From a virus (Duplodnaviria; Heunggongvirae; Uroviricota; Caudoviricetes): DNA of 36,821 nucleotides. Below, piece after piece: positions 29,289 through 36,490 of this stretch. The stretch is from IMG/VR virus record IMGVR_UViG_3300013426_000020. The stretch is one strand, 5' to 3'. The notes below the pieces were generated by a model, which was given only the letters and a program-made list of their open reading frames with translations, ran no database searches and was not told the DNA's origin. Within the stretch, counting starts at the first letter, position 1. Every line of letters starts with the position of its first letter. Both the position numbers and the translations under genes were made by a program.

Positions 29289-29780
29289 ATGATAAACAAA
29301 CTTGAAATAAATGATGATGTCATCATTACAAACTGGATCAATGAACAGGACAGGAATGATGTGAGAGAAAAACTCAATACCCTTGTTGAGGAATTCAATA
29401 TACCAGTATATTTCAAGGGAAGTGAACATTTTCTTTATTGTTTTGATGGATATGAGCATATAACTTCCACACCTTTATCTATAGATTACGGATATGGACT
29501 TACTTTCAAGTCATTGGAAAAATATCTCAAGGATAAGTATGGTGATGGAAATAAAGGTAAATATTTCATTGTTGCATATACTATGTCTATGGACTATGAG
29601 AAATACTACAAGAATGGAACATTTGTTGATTTGAATGGTAAGAATACAGGAGAAGATTTCTGGTATCAGAAAAATACAGATGATCTTGCAAAGAAGGCTG
29701 ATATTGAGAATTACTGGATTGCATATTGTGTTTATGATTTGACTCCATTGAAAACATTGAAAAAAATTGCACATTCATAA
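29289..29780 (+). CDS. Hypothetical protein
   Basis: Start adjusted to MINKL downstream of the promoter. Confidence 0.75.
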   Translation: MINKLEINDDVIITNWINEQDRNDVREKLNTLVEEFNIPVYFKGSEHFLYCFDGYEHITSTPLSIDYGYGLTFKSLEKYLKDKYGDGNKGKYFIVAYTMSMDYEKYYKNGTFVDLNGKNTGEDFWYQKNTDDLAKKADIENYWIAYCVYDLTPLKTLKKIAHS

Positions 29781-29789
29781 AAAGTTTGT

Positions 29790-29797
29790 TATATTTG
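29790..29797 (+). promoter_or_regulatory. Bacteroidota-type -7 box heading the first RNA cluster
   Basis: TATATTTG. Confidence 0.6.
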
Positions 29798-29941
29798 TAA
29801 TGTAAAAAATCCAGAACATATAAATATTGTAAGGATTTATGATAATGAAGTTTCTGGTATAAAATCCACAATGGCAAGTTGCAACAGTTCCAGAGTGGTT
29901 GAGAAGAATTTCAGCTTACAAAAATGGTTCTTCAATATGGA

Positions 29942-30013
29942 AGTCTTGTGGTGTAATGGTAGCATAAACCACCTGAAAGTGGAAAGATGAAGGTTCAACT
30001 CCTTTCAAGACTA
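29942..30013 (+). tRNA. Atypical tRNA-like gene (Phe GAA-like, 6-nt anticodon loop)
   Basis: AGTCTTG/CAAGACT acceptor, normal D and T arms, ccac-CTGAAA-gtgg anticodon arm. Confidence 0.6.
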
Positions 30014-30034
30014 CAAAAAGTTCTTTGAAAAACT

Positions 30035-30171
30035 AATGACAGACAGTTTCATAACTGAAAAGAGACAGAATAGTTCAAAACTTATGGATGAACAGAACAA
30101 TGAGTAGGTTATGAAAGATAGTGAAGTCTGGACTGATAAGCCAGGTGCTTCCCACATCAATGTCTGTCATT
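30035..30171 (+). ncRNA. Structured ncRNA, possibly the catalytic-domain piece of an RNase-P-like RNA
   Basis: 11-bp closing helix aatgacagaca/tgtctgtcatt, inner tttcataac/gttatgaaa helix, GAAGTCTGGA and ACATCAAT motifs. Confidence 0.5.
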
Positions 30172-30175
30172 TGAT

Positions 30176-30260
30176 GGTTCAATGGGGGAACTGGTAGACC
30201 CGACACACTTAAACTGTGTTATTCCGAAGGAATGTGCAGGTTCAAATCCTGCTTGAACCA
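30176..30260 (+). tRNA. tRNA-Leu(TAA)
   Basis: GGTTCAA/TTGAACC acceptor, CT-TAA-AC loop, long variable arm, TTCAAAT T-loop. Confidence 0.93.
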
Positions 30261-30267
30261 CAAAGAT

Positions 30268-30341
30268 TGAAGTATGGTGTAAACAGGTTAACACACAACA
30301 CTTTGGATGTTGCATTTCAGGTTCGAATCCTGATACTTCAA
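30268..30341 (+). tRNA. tRNA-Gln(TTG)
   Basis: TGAAGTA/TACTTCA acceptor, caaca-CTTTGGA-tgttg. Confidence 0.92.
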
Positions 30342-30347
30342 CATAAT

Positions 30348-30426
30348 ATGGGTGTATCGTCACTGTCTTATACACAGTCATTAACAGCGTAATTGGTGTA
30401 TGTGGGTTCGAATCCCACCACCCATA
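30348..30426 (+). tRNA. Non-canonical tRNA-like gene, TAT anticodon, no D arm, long variable region
   Basis: ATGGGTG/CACCCAT acceptor, 7-nt linker, actgt-CTTATAC-acagt, gtggg-TTCGAAT-cccac. Confidence 0.65.
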
Positions 30427-30459
30427 CAATTTATTGGACATAAAATTCAATAGGGCTTC

Positions 30460-30942
30460 ACAACGTCAGTGGAGGAGTACTAGGGAGGGTGATTATATAT
30501 TTTGGATTTGCCGAAAATTAATGAAAGTAGGATAATCCACATCGAAAAACCCTTATACAATCCTAGTTGAGTCAAACGGGGAAGGATATAGGATATGGAA
30601 ACAAGTATTCTGTGTAGAAGTGAAATTGAATGACATCTTGGTGGAATGACATACCATCAATGATGATATTATCAAACATTGTCAAAACAGAGACTGGAGA
30701 ACAGGAAAACAGACAAATGGTTAGTCCTTTTTATAGATTCTGTTCTTGTCATTTCAGTATGAAAGTTATCTGTAGTGCTACGGAAATGAACAGTCTTTGT
30801 TTTTTTATAAAAAATCATAGGGGAGAACAACCTGATGGTAACAGGGAGGGTGTTACGGTTGCCATGTGCTGAATGCGGCCGGATAGTTTATGTTCTATGA
30901 GACAAGTCAAATAAGCACCTGTATCAAAAGGATTTGTCTGTT
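30460..30942 (+). ncRNA. Large structured ncRNA region; the 3' half has RNase P specificity-domain-like motifs
   Basis: No credible ORF; helices actagg/cctagt, agggt/accct, aacagacaaat/atttgtctgtt, cttgtc/gacaag, cggttgc/gcggccg; AGTGCTACGGAAA and GACAAGTCAAATAAG. Confidence 0.55.
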
Positions 30943-31008
30943 GTCTTGATGTTTATATAATGGGAACTGATGGGAAACACATCACAGGTTCAACTCCTGA
31001 TCAAGATA
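30943..31008 (+). tRNA. Degenerate tRNA-like element
   Basis: GTCTTGA/TCAAGAT acceptor, cagg-TTCAACT-cctg T arm, non-canonical interior. Confidence 0.45.
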
Positions 31009-31022
31009 CTATATTTGTAATT

Positions 31023-31593
31023 ATGCATATTCCATTTTTCAAGGATTTTTATCCGGAACATAATCTGGATACTACAACAGGGCTTGTCAATAGATGTATT
31101 GATGAGTCCTGTCATATTGTGAATGAAATTGAATATGCTTCAACAGACATATGTTCTTTGATTTGGAGAAGAAAATTATTTTATAATTTATTCATTATAT
31201 TCCTGTGATATTGAAGAAATTGATGCATTTACACAAAGTGCATATGAAGATGTAAAAGACAGTAAGTCAATAAGTATTGTAAAGTCAAGAATGAAGGATA
31301 CTGATTTATGGTATATACTGGAACTCTTCAAGGAAATGATTGATAAGTTCGGGGATGATTTCAAGTCAAGATATGATAAATTCAATACAGAAATATGTAA
31401 TAATAATCTTCCGGCATATAAGACATACAAGAATCTCATAGAAAGAAGATACAAGACAATATGTAGAAATTTAGGAATTATTCAGATGATGTTGATTGAC
31501 GAGTGCGAAGAAAATATGATTGTTGAAAAATATGACTATTATAGTGTATCTGTGAAAGGTTTATATGTGGATAATAGAAAATACTACATATAA
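31023..31593 (+). CDS. Hypothetical protein(s), possibly one gene with a frameshift near 31160
   Basis: MHIPFF.. frame overlaps an open frame from 31162 that leads into MKDTDLW.. Confidence 0.5.
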
Positions 31594-31623
31594 TTTGTTA
31601 TTTTTATTGAAAATGATTTTTTT

Positions 31624-32076
31624 ATGAATACAATAGAAAATAAAATTCAGATTGATCTTGTCAAGTCTATGAAGGACAAGAATTCTTCAAGGGTCTCCGC
31701 TTTGAGATCTGTAAAGACTGCAATTATGGAAACAAAGACTGCTGCAAATGGAAAGAAGGAACTTGAAGATGCCGATGTTGTCAAGATTATCCAGAAACTT
31801 GCAAAGCAGCGAAACGAATCCGCAGAAATTTATGAACAGAATGGAAGACCTGAACTTGCAGAAAATGAAAGAAGGGAACTTGATGTCATGAATGAATATC
31901 TTCCGAAGATGCTTACCGAGCAGGAAATTGAGAATGTGGTTGCAAAAACCATTGCCGATTTGAATGCCTCTTCAATGAAGGATATGGGTAGAGTGATGGG
32001 ATACATCAACAAGACATATGCTGGACAGGTTGATGGATCAGTTGTTTCAAGAATTGTAAAATCAAGACTATCATGA
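31624..32076 (+). CDS. yqeY: GatB/YqeY domain protein
   Basis: KSMKDK..RVSALRSVK, KLAKQRNESAEIY..GRPELAENE..EL..MNEYLPK, SMKDMGRVM. Confidence 0.9.
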   Translation: MNTIENKIQIDLVKSMKDKNSSRVSALRSVKTAIMETKTAANGKKELEDADVVKIIQKLAKQRNESAEIYEQNGRPELAENERRELDVMNEYLPKMLTEQEIENVVAKTIADLNASSMKDMGRVMGYINKTYAGQVDGSVVSRIVKSRLS

Positions 32077-32282
32077 TTACAATAATTTATCTTATAGGGT
32101 GTCTGTTCTCATTTATTCTTACTTGTCTGTGGTATAGAAGATATAGAAAGACTTTCACAAATGATGAAAGGACATTGACTGTATGTCTGTGGTTTCCATT
32201 TATGACCATTGCTTCATGGTGTGGGGTTATGCTTATGTGTTACTGTCAGGTTGCTAATTTCAATGATTTGAATAATGAGTAA
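32073..32282 (+). CDS. Small membrane protein
   Basis: Two hydrophobic segments. Confidence 0.6.
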   Translation: MITIIYLIGCLFSFILTCLWYRRYRKTFTNDERTLTVCLWFPFMTIASWCGVMLMCYCQVANFNDLNNE

Positions 32283-32457
32283 GTTTGTAGTTTATTCACA
32301 TGACAGGTCGGACATTGAATCGACTATGTTCAAAATTTGCACTTGTGATAGTAGACATAGTGCAAAATATGTAATTGATGCCTTGAAATATAGGGACACT
32401 GGTGGAAAGGATAATCAGTCTGGACTTTATGAGTATTACATTATTGAGGAGAAATAG
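32275..32457 (+). CDS. Hypothetical protein
   Basis: 60-aa ORF in operon. Confidence 0.6.
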   Translation: MSKFVVYSHDRSDIESTMFKICTCDSRHSAKYVIDALKYRDTGGKDNQSGLYEYYIIEEK

Positions 32458-32459
32458 TT

Positions 32460-32852
32460 ATGGGAATTATCATTATCAGTTTTATAGTGGGACTTGCAGG
32501 AATTCTTTATTCAAAGTATAAAGATTTTGACAGTGATTTGGGACAATGGATGTTCATCATAGGTTTTACTGTATTCGGATTTTCCGGAATTTCTGCACTT
32601 GTTGGAATAGATGTTGATGAATTTGATAGAGATTATAGTAAGATAAAATATGAGACTCTTGTTTATAGAAATTCAACAACTCCAGAAGATTATAATTATC
32701 TTCACACACTGGATTATGAAATGAATTCAATGAACAACAGAATTGAAAGAAACAAAAAGTATTCAAACAATTTCTGGATAGGGTGTTTCTATGATGAAAG
32801 AATAAGTGAATATGAGAAGTTTGATATAAAGAAAGAATTGGAGAGGAAATAA
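32460..32852 (+). CDS. Membrane protein
   Basis: Two N-terminal TM segments. Confidence 0.7.
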   Translation: MGIIIISFIVGLAGILYSKYKDFDSDLGQWMFIIGFTVFGFSGISALVGIDVDEFDRDYSKIKYETLVYRNSTTPEDYNYLHTLDYEMNSMNNRIERNKKYSNNFWIGCFYDERISEYEKFDIKKELERK

Positions 32853-32853
32853 G

Positions 32854-32904
32854 ATGAATATAGCATTGGTTGCACATGATGCCAGAAAACAAGAACTTCT
32901 CTAA
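32854..32904 (+). pseudogene. mgsA: Methylglyoxal synthase N-terminal stub (16 codons)
   Basis: MNIALVAHDARKQELL* matches the MgsA IALxAHD motif; not in the ORF track. Confidence 0.65.
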
Positions 32905-32911
32905 CATTAAA

Positions 32912-34102
32912 TTATAAAAATTTTATAATATCCACTATATTTGAAAAATTAGTAGTATGTTTATATAATTCTATATTATATTTCTCATAATTATTTATAG
33001 GAATATAGTATAGAATTTTTATATTATGTTGCTTACACAAGTTATACTTTTTAATGTCATTTTTGATTCCTTTATTAAAATGTTGTTCTCCACCAAAGCA
33101 AGGTAATGAATAAAAATGTTGTTCTCCTTGACATTCTATAGCAATATTATAATCTGGAAGAAAAAAATCTAAACTTAATAAGCCCATCCAATTGAATCTT
33201 TTATATTGTTCATATTTAATATTGTTATTCTCTAAAAATACTCTAACTATTCTTTCATAATTACTTTCTTGACATTTTGGACACCCAACACCAGACAAAT
33301 GTGAATTTGCAATCAAAGTGAACACACCATGTTCATATCCAGATTCATTTGTATTATGACACATTACAGAAATATTATTTCTATATGAAACATATGTAGT
33401 ATTTGTATAATCATATTTATCTCCATGTATTTTAATGGCCCTTTCTATAAATTCATCTTGAGTTAATGTTTTTGATTCTATTCGTTGTTTTGCACCACAT
33501 TTAGGGCAACCTCTATGTCTTAAATGATTCATAGGAGTACATAAAAAATCACCATGTTCTGGACAAGTTATAATAACTTTATCTGTCCTAGATTTATATA
33601 TAACTTTATCATAATTATATTTATTTTTGTATAATTTCTTTGATTTATTTATAAAATCTAATGCAAATTGATTTTTTCTTTCTTCTTTTTTATCCATCTT
33701 TAATATTTTATTGCATTCTGGACATATATGATTAGTTAAATGATAATGTGGTGTCATCCAAAATTCACCATGTTCTGGACAAATAATACATACAGGTGTT
33801 TCTGTATTAATGTATTTTACCATATTATAATTATACTTATTTCCATAAAGATTTTCTGCTTTTTTTATAAAACTTTCTTTAGTATCTTTAATTCCACCAT
33901 TACATATTGGACAACCACAATGATTATATTTAGATATATGATTATGTGGTGTCATCCAAAATTCACCATGTTCTGGACAAATAATACATACTTTAGTTGA
34001 TGCATCCACATAATCAACTTTAGAATAATCATATTTATCACCATGTATTAATTTGGCTTTCTTAATAAAGTCTATTGTTTTCATTATTATAATTTTTTTC
34101 AT
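32912..34102 (-). mobile_element. Putative homing-type endonuclease: four Zn-finger-like repeats plus a C-terminal DUF559/Vsr-like nuclease
   Basis: Repeated F..KA...G.KY.Y..V.Y......V.I.CPEHGEF; C-terminal SNYE..V..LDFFLPDYNIAIECQGEQH..D.KK. Confidence 0.75.
33746..33991. repeat. 48-nt exact direct repeat within the endonuclease gene (33746-33793 and 33944-33991)
   Basis: atgtggtgtcatccaaaattcaccatgttctggacaaataatacatac twice. Confidence 0.9.
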
Positions 34103-34180
34103 ATAAATATTTATGATAATTTTATTTTACAGGGTCATCATTTTTTTTTGTTATCTTTAATCAAAGAAGAAACTGTAATT

Positions 34181-34339
34181 ATGGACAGACACTGTTTTGA
34201 ATGCAAACATTACTGTCAGCTTGTGAATCAGGGTATCTGGTGGTGCAGATTGCAAAAGGATATGGAACATCCTGACTTATGTGATAATTATGAGTTTGAG
34301 AATCATACAGGAATTATAACCACAACATCAATAGAGTAA
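34181..34339 (+). CDS. Small Cys-rich hypothetical protein
   Basis: CxxCxxxC..C..C; start adjusted to MDRHC. Confidence 0.6.
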   Translation: MDRHCFECKHYCQLVNQGIWWCRLQKDMEHPDLCDNYEFENHTGIITTTSIE

Positions 34340-34341
34340 TT

Positions 34342-35175
34342 ATGCAGCCTGTAATAAAATGGACTGGAAGCAAGAGAAGTCAGGCAAATGAACTGATAAA
34401 GTTATTTCCGGGAGAAATGAAGACATATTATGAACCTTTCTGTGGAGGGGCATCTGTTTTGAGAACTCTTCTTGACAATATACAAGAATACACCATAGAA
34501 AGGTTTGTCTGTTGTGATATTGACAAAAATCTCATCAATCTCTGGAATGCCATAAAGAATACTCCGGAGAAGATTATTGATGACTACAGGATTATGTGGT
34601 CAGAACTCAATTCGGCAGGGACAATAGAAAGAAGATGGAAGATATGGGGAGACATAAGGACGAGACTGAATCTTCAACATAATCCGTCAGACTTTATGTT
34701 CATAACGAGAACTGCAACGAATGGGATGACGAGATATAATGCGAAAGGTGAATTCAACAATTCATTTCATATCACAAGGGTTGGAATGAATCCGGAAACA
34801 CTGAAGAAGATTGTCTTTGACTGGTCAAGTATATTGAACAGATACAATGTCAATTTTGAGTTGAAAAGTTATTTGACCCTGAACCCAGAAGAAGGTGATT
34901 TCTGCTATCTTGATCCTCCTTATTATAACACGAAGGCAATATATCAGGGAGGTTTTGACAGTAATAAACTTTTTGAATGGATAAGAAACCTGAAATGTGG
35001 ATATGTGTGGTCTTATGATGGTATTTCTGGAGATAAGGACAATACAGCTTTAGTCCCTGAAGATTTATATGACAGACATATATACCTGAAGTCCGGTAAT
35101 TCATCCTTCAAGAGAACGACAGGAAAGGACAAAAATGCTATGGTTTATGAATCAGTTTATATAAAGTCCAGATAA
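34342..35175 (+). CDS. dam: DNA adenine methyltransferase (Dam/D12 class)
   Basis: IKWTGSK, YYEPFCGGASV, YLDPPY. Confidence 0.9.
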   Translation: MQPVIKWTGSKRSQANELIKLFPGEMKTYYEPFCGGASVLRTLLDNIQEYTIERFVCCDIDKNLINLWNAIKNTPEKIIDDYRIMWSELNSAGTIERRWKIWGDIRTRLNLQHNPSDFMFITRTATNGMTRYNAKGEFNNSFHITRVGMNPETLKKIVFDWSSILNRYNVNFELKSYLTLNPEEGDFCYLDPPYYNTKAIYQGGFDSNKLFEWIRNLKCGYVWSYDGISGDKDNTALVPEDLYDRHIYLKSGNSSFKRTTGKDKNAMVYESVYIKSR

Positions 35176-35289
35176 TTTGTTATATTTATAATGTTGATGA
35201 AATAAAAGTTCATAAATATATGAAGATTTCTCAAATCTTTGTTATATTTATAATGTAAGTTCTTTGAAAGACACACATATGTTTCTGTA

Positions 35290-35356
35290 AAGATTCAGAC
35301 CGCAAAAATTATTTTATAATGATGCACCATTTTTTTCGCATAGACAACAGAATCTT
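35290..35356 (+). ncRNA. Repeated stem element with ACCGCAA motif, copy A
   Basis: aagattc/gaatctt stem enclosing agaccgcaaaaattatttta. Confidence 0.55.
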
Positions 35357-35377
35357 GTTTTGAAACATTTGAGATAT

Positions 35378-35665
35378 ATAGGTCTTGTTGATACTTTCGG
35401 GAAAGACTGTAGGACGAGAGTTCGAATCTCTCCAGATCCACAAAGATTATTTATAAATGGGTCTGACTTGGTTTTTGACTGCTTTTGAGTATGGGAAGAG
35501 GAGAGGTCTATCGCCAATTAGATGGCAACAATGTTTACTCTGTAAACTTCGGTGCTCCTGCACAGCAGACACAGAAGACTATGGTGGCCTTTGCCTAAAT
35601 AGTTTTGGTCATCCCCGAGGTTGGGATCACCCAGAGGGTTCTTTCCGTCTTTCCATAAAGACGGT
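35378..35665 (+). ncRNA. ssrA: Circularly permuted (two-piece) tmRNA
   Basis: GGAC + gagag-TTCGAAT-ctctc + CAGATCC-A (35412-35440) lies upstream of GGGTCTGACTTGGTTTTTGAC (35459-); G3:U70 pair; tag frame 35524-35598 ends in VAFA-stop. Confidence 0.85.
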
Positions 35666-35669
35666 CAAT

Positions 35670-35743
35670 GGCCTGATAGCGTAATTGGTTAGCGCATCTG
35701 ACTGTTAATCAGGGGGTTATAGGTTCAAGTCCTATTCAGGCCG
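35670..35743 (+). tRNA. tRNA-Asn(GTT)
   Basis: GGCCTGA/TCAGGCC acceptor, CT-GTT-AA loop, G73. Confidence 0.95.
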
Positions 35744-35864
35744 CGAAAAGTTCATAAATATATAAAGATTTTTCAAATCTTTGTTATTGATAAATGCAAG
35801 ATTTCTCAAATCTTTGTTATATTTATAATGTAAGTTCTTTGAAAGACACACATATGTTTCTGTA

Positions 35865-35932
35865 AAGATTCAGACCGCAAAATTATTTTATGGATAATAC
35901 TTGTAAGATTACTTTCATCAAAAAAGAATCTT
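35865..35932 (+). ncRNA. Repeated stem element with ACCGCAA motif, copy B
   Basis: aagattc/gaatctt stem, agaccgcaaaattatttta. Confidence 0.55.
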
Positions 35933-35954
35933 GTTCGAAACATTTGAGATACAT

Positions 35955-36029
35955 TGCGGGGTAGAGCAGTTTGGTCAGCTCACTGGGCTCATAACCCAGA
36001 GGTCGATGGTTCAAATCCATCCCCCGTTA
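35955..36029 (+). tRNA. Initiator tRNA-fMet(CAT)
   Basis: Unpaired 1:72 (T:T), three G-C pairs in the anticodon stem, CT-CAT-AA loop. Confidence 0.93.
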
Positions 36030-36035
36030 CTATAT

Positions 36036-36109
36036 GGTGAATTAGTGAAGTGGTTATCATGCCGGCTTGTCACGCCGTGCGCTCATCAGTTCGAATCTGA
36101 TATTCACCG
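36036..36109 (+). tRNA. tRNA-Asp(GTC)
   Basis: GGTGAAT/ATTCACC acceptor, TT-GTC-AC loop, G73. Confidence 0.9.
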
Positions 36110-36115
36110 CTTGTA

Positions 36116-36177
36116 AAGATCCTTACCGCAAAATTATTTTATGATGCAATTTTTTGGTATTACATTTTCTGGATCTT
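36116..36177 (+). ncRNA. Repeated stem element with ACCGCAA motif, copy C
   Basis: aagatcc/ggatctt stem (compensatory change versus A and B), ttaccgcaaaattatttta. Confidence 0.55.
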
Positions 36178-36271
36178 GTTTATTTTCTTTGTTTTGAAAA
36201 ACAAAGTGGTGGAGATGCAATAATTTGCAATTTTCAAGTGAGTTGCAATCTCACATAAATAACTTGCAGAT

Positions 36272-36327
36272 TGTCTTGCCACAAATGGGTGGAAATATTT
36301 TTATGGGTTCGAGTCCTATCAAGATGA
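36272..36327 (+). tRNA. Truncated tRNA-like element (acceptor, small hairpin, T arm)
   Basis: TGTCTTG/CAAGATG, ccac-aaatgg-gtgg, atggg-TTCGAGT-cctat. Confidence 0.45.
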
Positions 36328-36490
36328 CAAAAGTTTACATAAATAGTTTACATAAATACATTATGAAAACAAATTTCACATATTCTTCATTGTTTGAACC
36401 ACATTATTCTGGTTATTTTACACCAGAATGTGAAGTGTGAGATTTGTCATATAATGATATAGAAGAATAAAAAAGTTTCATATATATCTG

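Larger units (their letters stand above)
35223..35882 (+). repeat. 85-bp exact duplication of a promoter-leader cassette (35223-35307 and 35798-35882)
   Basis: aagatttctcaaatctttgttatatttataatgtaagttctttgaaagacacacatatgtttctgtaaagattcagaccgcaaaa twice; partial copies near 35765 and 36800. Confidence 0.9.

Noticed and set aside
29839-29967. Small protein gene MIMKFLV*NPQWQVATVPEWLRRISAY...
   Set aside because: Internal TAA, overlap with the tRNA-like element and no recognisable family; noted only as a caveat for the RNase-P-like piece
30120-30150. Hammerhead (CTGATAA) or TPP-riboswitch-like motif
   Set aside because: Lacks the GAAA/stem arrangement of a hammerhead and the CUGAGA/P2-P3 elements of TPP
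30540-30730. Group I intron core (CAGAGACT and TTAGTCC resemble R and S)
   Set aside because: Only about 25 nt between them with no P8 hairpin, no coherent P3/P4, and no interrupted gene on the flanks
833-35104. Many short antisense or out-of-frame ORFs in the track (e.g. 833-1156, 10418-10729, 22990-23298, 26152-26571, 33740-34000)
   Set aside because: Shadow ORFs opposite well-supported genes with atypical composition
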